From Vicugna vicugna (Eukaryota): DNA of 64,000 nt. The DNA lies in assembly GCA_013265495.1 (NCBI GenBank), contig MU057713.1, positions 125,122 through 189,121 of the forward strand. Reading direction: 5' to 3'. This document shows, in pieces, positions 1 to 13,185 of this stretch (positions are counted from its first letter, which is position 1; each line of letters begins with the position of its first letter). Position numbers and translations under genes: made by a program. Under the pieces are notes generated by a model, which searched no databases, was not told the origin of the DNA, and saw only the letters and a program-made list of their open reading frames with translations.

Positions 1-317
1 AAACAAACAAACAAACAAAAACAAAGTTTAAATACAGGACAGAAATAGACTCACAGACAGAGAATACAGACTTGTGGTTGCCAGGGGGGTGGAGGGCGGG
101 AAGGGATAGACTGGGATTTCAAAATTGTAGAATAGTTAAACAAGATTACACTGTATAGCACAGGGAAATATACACAAAATGTTATGATAACTCACAGAGA
201 AAAAGATGTGACAATGAGTGTGTATATGTCCATGAATGACTGAAAAATTGTGCTGAACACTGGAATTTGATACAACATTGTAAAATGATTATAAATCAAT
301 AAAAAATGCTAAAAAAA
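1..317 (+). mobile_element. Young lineage-specific L1 3' UTR, cut by the window start
   Basis: GAAATAGACTCACAGAC, G-rich tract, CTGTATAGCACAGGGAA, AATAAA and short A tail. Closely similar to the copies at 33780-34158 and 60421-60557. Confidence 0.9.
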
Positions 318-556
318 TTTTGCATAACTGGAAACCAGACAAAATGAGACTACTGTTTAGGTGTAAGAAGTCAGGGGAGGAGTACCTCTATGGGAGGAGG
401 AGTTATAATCAGAGAGAGGCATAAGTAGCTTTTGAGGGCTGATAATGTTCTATTTTTTGTCCTGGTTGGTAGTTGCAAAGATGCTTGCCTTATAATTGTT
501 ATTTTGAGTGCACATATGTGTTTAACCCAGTATTCTGTATACATGAGATAGCTTAC
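318..556 (+). mobile_element. Old L1M (L1MC/ME-like) 3' end fragment
   Basis: Degenerate GGGCTGATAATGTTCTATTTT...GGTGGTAGTT motif typical of old L1M 3' UTRs. Confidence 0.55.
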
Positions 557-820
557 TTTGTTTTGGTTTTTTTTCCATTATTTTTTGTTCTATTTTTATG
601 TTTTTTTCCTTTCTTATCTTTTATGTATTTTTTTTCTTTTATGGAGTTTTTTTGTTTTTTGGGGGGGGTTTGCTTTTTTGTTGGGTGGGGTACAGAATTT
701 GGTTTGTTTGCTTGTTTGTTTGTTTGTTTGTTTATTTATTTTAACAGAGGTACTTGGAATTGAACTCAGGACCTCATGCATGCTAAGCACACACTCTGCG
801 ACTGAGCTATACCCTTCCCC
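557..820 (-). mobile_element. tRNA-Ala-derived SINE (camelid Vic-1-like) with long degenerate tail
   Basis: Reverse complement begins GGGGAAGGGTATAGCTCAGTCGCAGAGTGTGTGCTTAGCATGCATGAGGTCCTGAGTTCAATTCCAAGTACCTC. It has an A box, an AGC anticodon remnant and a B box (GTTCAATTCC), followed by an (AAAY)n tail. Confidence 0.88.
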
Positions 821-1489
821 ATGCGACATCTTAAAATATAAAAGAAGAAAAAACCAGGATATGAAAGGGTAAACCCCAGGAAAACAACTTTATCTGCACA
901 ATTTCAAGCAGAATCACCAGCTCAGAGCAGCAGTCTCTCGCTGACCTAGTCCATGTCAATAAATGTATAAATAATTAAATGAACACCAAGCTTTCAAATA
1001 TGTTCAATACATTCATAAGTTAAACTAGAAGATAATATACCCACATGACATCTAATAATTTCTCTGTAGAAGAATTATCAATTGATTTCTCTTCTTGATA
1101 TTTTTCTTTCTTATCAAAGCTTCTCAGATAAACATGTAACACTTTGAAAATTCAATAAAATGAATGATAAAATGTGTTGTGAAAAGTCCAAAGTAGAGTC
1201 AGTTTATGTAATGGCCGTTTTTCTTTCTCTTAGGATGTTAATTCAATTGTTCTCATAAACAAGGTCCTTGAAACACTATGAATTATAAATCAGGGTTCTT
1301 AAACTTTGGCGTACATCATATAGCCAGCTGCAAACCATCCCGAGAAGCTAACAATTTCCTAGCTAAATTGAATCAAGCAATTTTAACTGGAAGAAAACTG
1401 GCGTTCTGAATATGGCCCCAAAGAACCTGCCCCAGCCACCTCTCCTGGCTAATGGTGCACCAGTATCCTCTTTGCTTTTTGCCCTTCAG

Positions 1490-1880
1490 ACACTGATCTT
1501 CTTTGAGCTCCAGAGCATTCTAATTCCTTCAGATCTTTGTGGGGCTACTGATCCTGCCTAGATGCCCAGCCCACTCCCCATTCAGACCTCAGCTCAAATG
1601 TCTCTTCCCTAATTTCCCTCCACCCATTTTTCACTTTATCTACTTTTACCCTGAAATCTTATCTCTAAACACTTTATTATCATGTATAGTTAAATATTTA
1701 TTCATTTGATGATCAGATGAATGTCCTTCTTGCCAACTACACTGTAAGCTCCTACAGGCATGGACTATGCCTGTTGTGGTCACTTCTTTATCTCCAGAAC
1801 TTGATCTAAAGCCCAACACTTAACAGATACTCAATATACATTTTGTTTACTGGGTAGTTGGTTGGAAAAATGAATAAAGT
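1490..1880 (+). mobile_element. L2 3' end
   Basis: TTCAGACCTCAGCTCAAATGTC, ACTGTAAGCTCC and CTCAATATACATTT motifs of the L2 terminus. Confidence 0.7.
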
Positions 1881-2749
1881 ATCCAACGAACCAACAAACA
1901 AATGAAGAGCTACCAAAAAAGTTTTAAATGGCTGCTTTCTCATCTAGGCTTTGGACTAAAAAAATCACCTTTTTTTGAAAATTTGTTTTTCTTTGAAAAA
2001 ATTTTGTTTAATCAAAAGGTCCAACTCAGGTTAGTAATTACTTTGTATGACAATGAGAATGACGTACATTCAATCTCAGCTAACCAAATGAACTTTTTCT
2101 GATTTTCTTTTTTTGTGTGTATGTATAACTCTCATCTGTGTATACCTCTTTCATACTAAATACAGATCCTTTCCCAATTCAAACATTCAATGATGACTTA
2201 TTCTCTTTAGATTTAGTGCAGAAGTGATGGGTAAAGGAAGAAATGTCAAGAAAACGTATTAGCCTTCTAAGATTAATGACCATGTTTTTCTGTTGGGAAC
2301 ATGGAGTCCTAAACAGAAATATTTCCTCTCTGATCCCCACTATCTGAAGCTGTACCTAATGTAATTGCTTCCAACAGGGAAATACTGCTTCTACTTTCTG
2401 AATGGCTGTCATAATGCTCTCTGAGTTCATCACCACTCCCCTCCCCAAATGCCCAGCTCCAAACAATTGTGAGTATTCAGACAGAATCTCTGTGGAGGTT
2501 TAAGCAGTGAACTTACTTGTCTCTGTGTGAGGGACTGTCAGTTCCCAAAGCTCAGAAGATTTTATTAAGCAGGTGACAACATTTTCTGATTTTTAGACAC
2601 CTCATTTTTCAAACACAAATGCTCCAGATTTCTATAGTGTTTCTATATTACGTTAAAAAAACACATTTTGAACATTTGGTTGCTCTTGAGAGCACGGTGC
2701 TGTTGCACTGGGGTTTGGGACAGCTGTTTATTCTGTTCTTCCATCACTT

Positions 2750-3145
2750 ACACATACCTGTGCTGTAATGACCTAAACTCTTACCACTTTCTTACACACT
2801 CTGTTCTATGCACAGCAGCCTTGCTAATCCTCATGGTCTCCAGACAGGCTGCCACTTGAAAACATTCGTACTTACTGCTGCTCTGCCGGGAACATCCTTT
2901 CCCCAGATATTCTCATGGCTGGCTCCACTGGAAACTTTAGATTCTACCCAAAGACCTTATTTAAAATTACAGTCCCTCTTGAGCACTTCTTACACCATTT
3001 TCTTTTTTATTTTTTCCGTAGCATTTATACTATAAAACTTTTATTTTTCTTTTTTATTATCTATCTTCCCACCTCTAGGACAAAAACTCCATAAGGACAA
3101 AGTTTTTTGCCTCTTTTATGTCCTGCTATATTCTTAGTCCTTATT
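2750..3145 (+). mobile_element. L2 3' fragment
   Basis: GCCTTGCT...CCTC, CTTCCCCAGATATT and AAACTCCATAAGGACAAAG L2-like motifs. Confidence 0.6.
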
Positions 3146-3159
3146 GTGGGTATTCAAAA

Positions 3160-4268
3160 ACTGAGAAGAATTATTCCACCTAAAATATTCCAGTGAAAAC
3201 TACCAACAGACTCTGTGAGTCTAGGAGTCCTGGTTCCCAGAAAGGGAGTGATTTCACCAGAGGAAACAGTCCTGCTCAAGAGTCTTGCTTAACATATGGC
3301 TACAACTACTGCCTGGTCAGCCCCACAGACCAGCAAGAAAAAGGAGTTCAGCACTAATGAGATAAATGACCCAGGTGATCATGAGGAAGAGCGGAGCTGC
3401 TCTGGACTGGGGCAGGGGAAATGTGTCCTCTTAGGGTCTCAGATGATCCTCCTGGGCATTTCTTGTCATCCCAATGCCCAGTTATCACCGTAAGTTTACA
3501 AGTACAATAACCCCAGCATTAAAGGTGTAATAACCCCAGCATTAAAGTTGTAATAACCCAGGGCTCAGAGCCCTCAGGCATGAGGTCTGGCTAAAACATC
3601 TGGCAAGCTTTCTAGTTGAGCAGCAGGGCTGGCTGAAGGAGACGGGATTCTAAAATGGCTGCGGAAGCGGGCAGATCATGAGTATCAACAATGGTCCTGG
3701 CACCAACTGCATTAGTGGTGGCCCCACTATTCCTCCTCAAGCATGTTTTCTTGGAAATTGCAACTAACCAGAATCTTTCATAAGCTTTGCCTGGAGAGAG
3801 CAAACCTAAGAAACGAGCAGAACAAAGTGGCGCCAGAAGTGGACTGCACTGGAACACAACACTGGCTCATCACCGAGGTCCCTTCTATCAGCAGTGCACC
3901 CTCCCTCCACTTGCTGTGAATGCTAGTGGATTACCTCCCTTGCTTCAACATGCACCCTCTGCTGAAGACAAGCCACTTGCCCAGGAAGGCTACTCCCACC
4001 ATGGATCAACATGGCAGCGACAAACAGGTACAAGTGTGCGATGGCTGTTCATTTCATCTCAAGGAGGGGTCAACTCTGAGGAGCAACTGATGTTTCTGAG
4101 GGTCCCCACAGGCCCTGACCAGGCTATTCTCCGGCTGAGATGCTATGTGTGCTTAGTTTGTATCTCCACCTCTATCCTGCTGCATCTTCTGAGAGCACTC
4201 TTTCTATAAATCACACCAACGAGAACTCCTGACTTGGCTCTGCTTCTAGAGAGACTTACCTAAGACAC
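3160..4268 (+). mobile_element. Ancient ERVL remnant: 3' internal segment plus LTR16-like LTR
   Basis: GTCCTGGTTCCCAGAAAGGG...CACCAGAGGAAACA internal motif. Ends in CTCTGCTTCTAGAGAGACTTACCTAAGACA, resembling the ERVL LTR16/33 terminus. Confidence 0.6.
3506..3560 (+). repeat. 23-bp tandem repeat, about 2.4 copies (AATAACCCCAGCATTAAAGKTGT)
   Basis: Units at 3506-3528 and 3529-3551 differ at one base; partial unit at 3552-3560. Confidence 0.9.
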
Positions 4269-4329
4269 ATGGCATATGCAAATCACCTCTGGATGAATGC
4301 TTTCTAAATGTAGGCCTTAAAATTCCTCA

Positions 4330-4925
4330 CAAATATGATTCCAATGCACATTAGTTCACAGACTGTTTAAAAGTTACAAAACCCTAAAATAAAGTACTGT
4401 GAGTGTGATTCACCAGGAAGAAATCACAAAAATTTTATAAAATGGAAGCATCAAATTGTATTTGTATATATAAATTGATATATATATTGTATAAAAAGAA
4501 ATAAAAACATGAGAGCAAAAATTTATCAAAAGCCAAGCCAATCTGCAAGAAGAAAAGAATTTTTAGTAGCATATAATAGATGAAATTAAAACTCAACATA
4601 TGCATCAGAGAACAGATAAAACCCAGGAAAACACAGAATTAGTGTGGTAGGAAAAAAAAGATCTGAATAAACATCCCAGAATATAGCATAAAAAGACTTG
4701 AAGGTGGAAAATAGAAAATAAAGGTTGAAATACATGGAGAGCAGAGAGAGAAAGCTGACATACATCTACAGAGTAGGGACAATGGTATGGAAGCAATATT
4801 TCAAGAGACAATGCCTGAAAATTATTCAAAGTTCATGAAAGATACCAAACTAAATTCAGGAAGTCAACCAAATCCCAAATAGTATCAACAAAAAGAAATT
4901 CACAACTAGATATATATCATGTCAT
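4330..4925 (+). mobile_element. Old L1M ORF1-region fragment
   Basis: A-rich. GAAGCAATATTTCAAGAGACAATGCCTGAAAATT...TGAAAGATACCAAAC...TCAGGAAGTC matches the L1 ORF1 pattern. Confidence 0.65.
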
Positions 4926-5105
4926 CTGGAACAAGTCTTCCTTGGTTTGAATCCTGCTTCCAACAGTTACTAGCCAGGCAACTGGGGCCAAATTATTGAA
5001 CCATTCTTTGCCACAGTTTCTGATCTATACAATAGGCTTAGTAATCGTACTTACCTTAGAGATTGTCTTAAGGATTGGTATCTATAGAGCTCTTAAAATA
5101 GAGCT
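4926..5105 (+). mobile_element. MIR
   Basis: GGTTTGAATCCTGCTTCC...TTACTAGC...CAGTTTC...ATCTATACAAT MIR core. Confidence 0.75.
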
Positions 5106-5264
5106 GTTGGGTTTTTAACATGCAGCTGTGTTACTTTTATCTTGAATGCTCAAAGTGCTCTGGATCAGAGTCAGATTTCCCATTAATTATCTCACAAAAA
5201 AATAAAATAAAATAAAAATAAGTGAATAGGCCTCCCTTGCCCTAAGCCTTACCCATGATGAAAG

Positions 5265-7000
5265 TCATGTGGGCTGTGGGATATAGAGGCTCCACCTTTA
5301 AAGGGTGTATACAAAATCTCACACACTCTGGGACCCAGGGCAGATCTATTTGAAAAGATCCTGAGTCAGATCCACCTGCTGATCTTGGAGGGTCTCCCAG
5401 GCAGGTAGGAGGCAACTGAGCTCATTGGTAAAGGCAAATATACACATTCAAAGATGGGAGGAGGTTAAAAGACAAAAGTAGTAAAATTATCTATATCCAC
5501 AATAAGTAGTTAAGGGATACACAAAACAAAAAGACATAAATTATACTGTCAAAATAGAATCATCATGGTGGGGGAGTAAAGATGGAGGGTTGTTAAAATG
5601 TGTCTGAAATTGAGAGATCAGCAACTAAATCACGTATACATATAGGTTGCTATATATAAACCACATAATAACTACAAACCAAAAATCTATAACAGACACA
5701 CAAGCAAAAAAGAGAAAGGAATCCAAACACAAAGACAGTCGTCAAACTGTAAGGGGAGAGAAGAGAAGAAAAGAGCAAAGAAGAACTACAGACCCCCCCC
5801 CCGAAACAATGAACAAAATAGTGGTAATTATGCACCTATCAATAATTACTTTAAATGCAAATGGAATCAATGTTCTAATCAAAAGATACACGGTGGCTGA
5901 ATAGGTACAAAAACAATACCCATGTATACACTGCGTACAAAACCTCACACCTAAGGAAACACACAGACTGAAGGCGAGGAGATGAGAAAAGGTCTTCCAT
6001 GCAAATCGAAATCAAAAGAAAGCCAGAGTAGCAAAACTTACAACAGACAAAATGAACTTTAAAATAAAGGCAGTAATAAGAGTCAATAAAACAAACAACC
6101 CAATTAAAAAATGAGCAGAAGATCTGAAATAGACATTTTTTTCCAAAGAAGACACCCAGATGGCCAACAGGCACACGAAGAGATGCTCAACATCACTAAT
6201 CATCAGAGAGATGCAAATCAGAACCACAATGCGTTATCACTTCACACCTGTCAGAATGGCTATCATCAAAAAGACCACAAATAACAAACACTGGTGAGGA
6301 TGTGGAGAAAAGGAAACCCTTGCACAGTGCTGGTGGGAAAGTAAATTGGTGCAGCCACTGTGGAAAACAATACAGAGGTTCTGCAAAACAACTAAAATAG
6401 AACTACCACCTTATTCAGAAATCCCTCTCCTGGGTATATATCCAAAGAAAACAAGAACACTAATTTGAAAAGTTTCTATGCTCAGTGTTTATAGCAGCAT
6501 TATTTACAATAACTGAGACATGGAAGCAACTTAAGTGTCCATCAACAGACGAATGGATAAAGAAGATGTGGTAAAGATACACAATGGAATACTGTTCAGC
6601 CGTAAAACAACGAAATTTCGCCACGTGAAACAACGTGGATGTATATGGAAGGTGTTATGTGTAGTGAAATAAGTCAGACAGAGAAAGACAAGTACTGTAT
6701 ATTGTTAACATAAACAAAAGAACACAACAAAACAGAAACAGACTCAAATATAGAGGAAACACTAGTGATTAACAGTGAGGGTGAGGAAAGGGGGAAGTGG
6801 AAGCTGGGGGTAGAGGGTTAAAGAGTACAAACTACTATGTATAAAATAAGGGACAAGGACACATTGCACAGCACAGGGAATGTCACCAATATTTTATGAT
6901 AAATTTACATGGAATATCATCTATAAAAATTGTGAATCACTATGTTGTACACACAAAACTAATATAATATCATAAATCAACTATACCTCAATAAAAAGAA
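5265..7000 (+). mobile_element. Internally deleted L1: 5' UTR piece, inter-ORF, ORF2 endonuclease start, ORF2 C-terminus, 3' UTR
   Basis: LSIITLNANGINVLIKR (endonuclease N-terminus) near 5835. Abrupt jump near 6082 to AACAACCCAATTAAAAAATG (C-terminal region). Ends CAACTATACCTCAATAAAAAG. Confidence 0.85.
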
Positions 7001-7009
7001 ATATCTTGA

Positions 7010-7640
7010 AAACTTTATTGGTACTAACACTTTGGAAGACCATTTGACATAGTCTGGTAAAGCTGAAGACATATACGGCCTGTGACCCAGAATTCTGCTC
7101 CTTGGAAGGCACTCTTGAGAAATCTTGGCACATGTGTGCCAGGAAGGAGGTATAAGAATATTCATAGAAGTATATTGCATAATGACAAGAAAATAGAATA
7201 CCAAATGTTCACTGCAAGAAAATAAATATATAAATTGTGGTGACTTCATACAATAAAATACAGAGCAACAGTAAAAAAAATAATAATAATAAACTACAGC
7301 TACATGCCATCAAGCTTAATGAATATCACAAATATATTGTTGAGCAAAATAGCAAATTACAGAAAAATACAGTATAATACTATTATGTAAATTCAATAAC
7401 AATAAAATTAAGCAGCATGCCATTTAGATATATGTCAGTACATGGTGAAATCATAAATAAAAGCAAAGGAATTATAACCACAAAATTAAGAATAGTGACT
7501 ACCTTGGGTAAGGAGGCAAAACAATGAAATTAGAGTGTCTGACAGTCAGTTTCAAGAGTATTAGAAATGTCATGTGTCTCACTTGGGTGGTGGGCACACT
7601 CATGTTCATTTCATGAATATGTCCTAAAACATACAGATAT
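7010..7640 (+). mobile_element. Old L1ME-like 3' end
   Basis: ACACTTTGGAAGACCATTTG...TGACCCAGAATTCTGCTCCT...CTACAGCTACATGC motifs. Confidence 0.7.
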
Positions 7641-9499
7641 ATTACACTCAGTAAGTATAGAATAGTCTAAACAAAAGGAGGATTTTCCATGAAAAATATA
7701 AAGGAAAGAAAGAAAGGAAAAGGGGAAGGAGGCAAGCAGAGAAAGGTAGAGACATCTTTTTTTAAAAATCTCCCAAATAGCCTTGGCAGGCTGGAAATAG
7801 ATCAGTAAAACACAAAACTCCATGTTCTATTATGTGCAGGGTTTGGCATTTTAAGTAGATTTCCTGAGACAATGTATCATCTCTTAGGTTCAAGAAATTT
7901 TTTTTTTCTGGCAAAAAGTAAGAAAAGATCTTAGTTCTGGAGTTAGCATAGAACATAACATCACTTCAACTTCTTAAAAGTAGCTTTAAAATGGCAATAG
8001 TCACTGTGGAGCAGTCTTTATGAGTGACTCTCTTAGAGACCCCATCAATTGGCTTTGGAGATGAGAAAGCATCTTTATCATGGACCCCTGCTTTGCCAGG
8101 ATGACACCCACAATGACTGTGGATTTCCCCCACTTCTCTCAATTTTTCTTTTACAGGCTGGGAAGGCACACTAGGATGACCATCCATGCAGACAGTAAGG
8201 ATGATGTGTCTTGTCTCCGTATTAAGCACAAGGCAGGGGGCCCAGCCCCAGCAGTCTGCATCTTTTTAAAAGGTAAGCATTTAACAGTGCTTTGTCCTTA
8301 AGTTTGTTTCGCTCCTGCCAACCTGAAAACATGGGAATAAAGTCCTCCTCAACATCTTTTTAGTTTTACACCGATAACCCTTATTAAATAGAATTTAAAG
8401 TTTTATTGGTGGATCAGAATATTGTATTAAGGAAAGGAAGAAAACTCATATATAATATACATTATGTATTTATATATACATAATGTTTTATATATTTTAT
8501 ATTTTAAACACACACAAAATAAGACTGAAGTATGAAGACCTCTTCATAAAATTTATATTTCGAAAGATGACTCTTTCTGGTTTTAAACACAGGAGGCAAG
8601 GATTTTGTCTTATAGGCATCACTCCCGCACACCACATCTTTCCCCTCCCAGTGTTCATGTTCCACATAATGCTAATTAAATGCACATATTTAACTATTTT
8701 AAATGTTACAGAATTCAAGGCAGTCTTAATTCTCTCTTCAACCCAGAAATAAAATGAGAAAGTAAGTTGCTAATCTCTGGACTTTACAGAGGACTGAGAA
8801 CTGAATTATACAAGCATATTTCACAGAAAAATCTAAATTGACTTACTGGGTTATGAATACTTGATTATGGTAGGGACAGTCCAGAAATAGCCCATTTTAA
8901 TTCATTTGGGACAAGTATTTATGCATTATACTGAGTCTTATGCTCAGGAAAGAGAATAGAAAAGGCATAATTTTGGGCTGTCAAGCTTAGCACACCAGGT
9001 ATAAAATACATATACCCTCACTCCGTTCTATGGTAGAATTGAAGCTGCTGAACATTGCACTACAGGTAGAATCCAAACAGCCAGAGAGCTACTCTGGCGT
9101 GGAGAAATGTGATCCACAAAAAGCACTGAGAGGAAGTTTATATACATCCATATTATTAAGATAAATATCATTGAAGATGCTTTCATTAAAGAATGACTGT
9201 AATTTGAAACTCATCATTATCACATGTCAACTCAACATTTTAACATCACATCTTAAAAACGGAAATGGTACGAAAAGACAGAATCACAGTTCCATAGTCT
9301 CTGAACACAATTTGCAGAATTGTCAGTAATCCTGGAAACATGTAAATAATCATTCATTCCCTGTCAAAGCCATAGTAAGAATGACTCCCTCTGTATTTTT
9401 CCTTGAAGAGAAGTGCCATGGGCAGACGCATATCTAGTAAAATTAACAGACTAGTGAAGACAGGACACAATAGTCTGCAGTAAAGGGAGCCAACTTTCA

Positions 9500-9724
<225 letters not shown>

Positions 9725-10394
9725 TTAACACCTACATATTGCATCTCTTGTATATAAAAGGCTGTTCACTGTATATAAACTATGAACATAAAAAAAAAGT
9801 GTAGTTTTCCAAAGTACCCTGATCCAAGGTAAGAGATACGAGAGCCCTACCTCAGTCAGTCTTGATTCGCTTAACAATAGACTAAATTAACTGGGAAATA
9901 TTACCATTTTTCTCTCCACATAAATATAGATTTAATTTACAAAATGCAAGGCACAGTTGTTTGAAAAATCTTTAAATAAATGATCCATTTTACTTTTTTT
10001 TTTAAAAAAAATCCCTCCTTCAAGGCCAAGTCAAATGGTCAGAGTCAACGGTTTAGATGAAATGTGTCTGATGAATTTCTGCACAGAATAACATCACTTC
10101 AAATCTATTGTTCTGAGTGTGTTTTTAAAAAGTCACCGTATTGTAGAACACTGTTACTGGAGATACATGGATGGTTTAATATTGTTGAAATCCACCATGC
10201 TGTGTTTTATGAGAAGTAGAAGAAAAATGGAAAAGCAGAATGAAACGTATCAAGGTAACATTTTCAACTTGAGACTACAAAACTCAGGAAAGCAAAGAAA
10301 TGTTAGAATGAAGTGACGGCTACCTGTAACAAAAGTGTAGCACCTAATTCCTGTAGCTCCTTGTGCAATGTTATTTTAACTGTTTTTCCGGACA

Positions 10395-10520
10395 AGTTAG
10401 GGATGTTGGTATGTCTATCCCCATTCTGTAGATGAGGAAATTCGGAAATTTGCCTGAGGCCATGTAGTGATAGAGTAAAAAGTCAAACTCCCGGTTGTCT
10501 AAATCTAAAACTCTTCACAT
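10395..10520 (-). mobile_element. MIR fragment
   Basis: TATCCCCATTCTGTAGATGAGGAAA, the reverse MIR core. Confidence 0.65.
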
Positions 10521-10957
10521 TGACTACCATTGATGAGGAATAAGCAAAACTGGTATCAAATATAAACCATCTGCATTTACTTATGAGAGAGATGAAAATG
10601 TATGTCTGTCACCCCGTGCCTTCTCAGACTTTAGATCCTATACTGAACTCCATTCTTGTCTGACCTACGTTCTTGCCTTCATTCTAGTGCAAATTTGTGA
10701 GGTCACTCCCTGACCTAGCCTGATTCCTCTTTCTCTTGAGTTCTCTAAGTTATCTTTTTCCTCACCTTTTCACTTCCAAAACATTCCATCTCCAGAAATA
10801 GGACTCGGTGGTAGCAATGGTGGCTATACAATTTTAAAGGGAATCTTTCATACTGATAAATGTATACAAAATAAATGGCTATATCCTGCATACTTAAGAT
10901 AGATCTATGTTAACACTTTCTGGCTTGGAGAAACTGCACACACGAATTCAGGTGTTG

Positions 10958-11130
10958 AGGAGGCAGTGTTGTATGACAAAGAACGCAGACTCTCCGGAAT
11001 CAGACTGTTTGGATTTGAGCCCAGGCTCTACTGGTTTCTAATTGTGTGATCTTGGGGGAGTTTCTGGATCTCCTGCTACAGCCCCTTCTTCTCTAATATG
11101 AGATGTGAACATGAGAAGACTCGCCTGATG
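10958..11130 (+). mobile_element. MIR
   Basis: GGAATCAGACTGTTTGGATTTGAGCCCAGGCTCTAC...TGTGTGATCTTGGG. Confidence 0.7.
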
Positions 11131-11339
11131 GTTGGCACGCGTAAGGGCTCAGTGCCTATGAGATTAGAGGATGTTCAGTCATTTGGATGTTTTATTGCCC
11201 CTGGAGTGCATGAGAGGCTGCCTCATTCATGAGATAACAAGGAATTTCAGTGGCTTCAATAGCTGCGAATTCTCCATGGACCTCGGTCTTGTGACATGTC
11301 AAGAGAATGTACAAAGGGATAGGTGTTTGACCTTTTATA

Positions 11340-11555
11340 TTTGGTTGCTTGGCTTAAAACCCAGCTTCCTGCCTAATGTCTATATGCCTTTGAATAAATT
11401 ACTCAACTAGAAGTATTTTTGTTATAATTAAAATGAGGATAATAATGTCTACCTCACAGTGTTGTCAGTATGGAAACAAAATGAGACAGTTCATGAAAAG
11501 AATTTAACACTATGCATAGGAGATAATAAATGCTTATAAGGGTTAACCGTCATTA
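11340..11555 (+). mobile_element. MIR
   Basis: AAAATGAGGATAATAATGTCTACCTCACAGTGTTGT core. Confidence 0.7.
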
Positions 11556-12339
11556 TGGTCACTGCCTGGAAAGACCACCATTTCTATAATCTGTGTGTTC
11601 TGGGAGGTGTCAGTTCCACAGGATGTTGATACAGTGTTAGTGGAAAACAAATGGGGAAAATATATTTGCAAAACTCTGGTTCAACAAATTTAACCAGATT
11701 TTTTAAAGAGGCAAATTTGAGTGTGCAGCATTTTCCAGAAACCGTTCTTCACAGTATGATACAGAACACTAAGTCCTCAGGAAGCCTCTTAGAAAAATAA
11801 TCTGGTTTAGTATCACTCACAGTAAACTAAAATGCCCATTAAAAATCTTTCATTCTATTGCCCTCGGTGTTCTTTTTTTTGGGCAGAGAGGGGGTGGTGG
11901 TTAGCACTCCTAATAGTTTTGTTATGAGATTTCACGTTTCTCACATTTTTGCAGCCATCCTGCCTCCTCTTCCACACCTAATCCCTGCAGCCTTGCTGTC
12001 CTGCGCATCATGTAACAGAATGAAAGTTTAGAAAAAGTCATCTGACAAGAAGAGCTGCTTAGCATAATTCTTGATAATAGCTCTCCCATAGCAAACGGCC
12101 TCTGCGACAAGGTCAATGACCCATCGTATTTTCCATACTATTGTGCACCCACCAAATGGGATGACAGAAATGACAGCTGGTCAAACTGGTAACGAGACAT
12201 ACGGAAACAGAAACACCCACAAAGTCACCAGGCTATCAAACGAAAAAAAGGAAGGAGAATGCAGGTCAACATTTGGAAGTCTGTAAAGACCCCTGCCTCG
12301 CCCTCGCACACCGCCCCACCCCCACCCAGTCAGTTACCG

Positions 12340-13185
12340 TGTTCCATCAATATGACTTCCTGCATCTCTTAACTGTACACACTTGTTTCCATCCCAACTG
12401 CAATACTGCAGCTCAGACCACGAGAATTTCACACACAGCCTAACTGGAATTCATGCCACCAATACTGCCACCCGCTGGAATTGAAGGCAGGATGTGTGTC
12501 TGCCCTTTGGTGACTATGTCTGCAGGCTTTAGTACTGAGTAAGTGCCTGCTGGATACTGTTGAGTGTAATGCATTCTCTATGCTGTAGCCAAATATGTAA
12601 CCATGATCACGAGACACCCTTAATATGGTTAAAACTATCAGATGATTCCCTTCTATGTTTAAGATTTTTTTAAAAAGCCATAACCCTTAGTAGAGTATAA
12701 AAAGCCTTTATCAGTATCAGGGTTAAAAAAAAAAAGCAACTTTACTCTTTATGTCTAGTCTTACGTCGTTCCTCCCCACCTCTCTCTCCATATAAATTCA
12801 TAGTCAATATTTTAACTCTCCTAAATTGCCTCCATGGTGTCCAGCTAAATTTCACCCCCATGTCACATGAAACATATCAGCTACCCACCCCATGCCCCAC
12901 TCACCCCTTGCCCCATCCACTCTTCAAAAGGCTAACTTCTATTTGTTGGCCAAGGTGCAGGTTACAATTCTTATAGGATTTGGTCGAGACCACATTAAGC
13001 ACCCCACTTTATGCACACCAGCCACTTGCCACACTGTATTCTAACTTTCCATTTATTTATCTCCATCCCTCACTCTCATGTAAGATTCTTAAAGAGAGGG
13101 ACTGCGCACCACACATTTGTAAACACCTTGGGCCTGGCCAAGGTTCAGCTTAATAACTGGTAAACAGGTATTTGCTGAATGCTGG
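12340..13185 (+). mobile_element. L2 fragments, interrupted
   Basis: TGTAAGATTCTTAAAGAGAGGGACTG...TATTTGCTGAATG terminus, with upstream L2-like pieces. Confidence 0.5.

Noticed and set aside
745..820. tRNA-Ala gene
   Set aside because: Degenerate stems, an A-rich tail and a TSD indicate a SINE, not a functional tRNA.
473..872. Hydrophobic Phe-rich ORFs resembling membrane proteins
   Set aside because: Artefact of translating the T-rich SINE tail.
3506..3560. CRISPR-like repeat
   Set aside because: Head-to-tail duplication without spacers, inside an ERV remnant in a mammalian genome.
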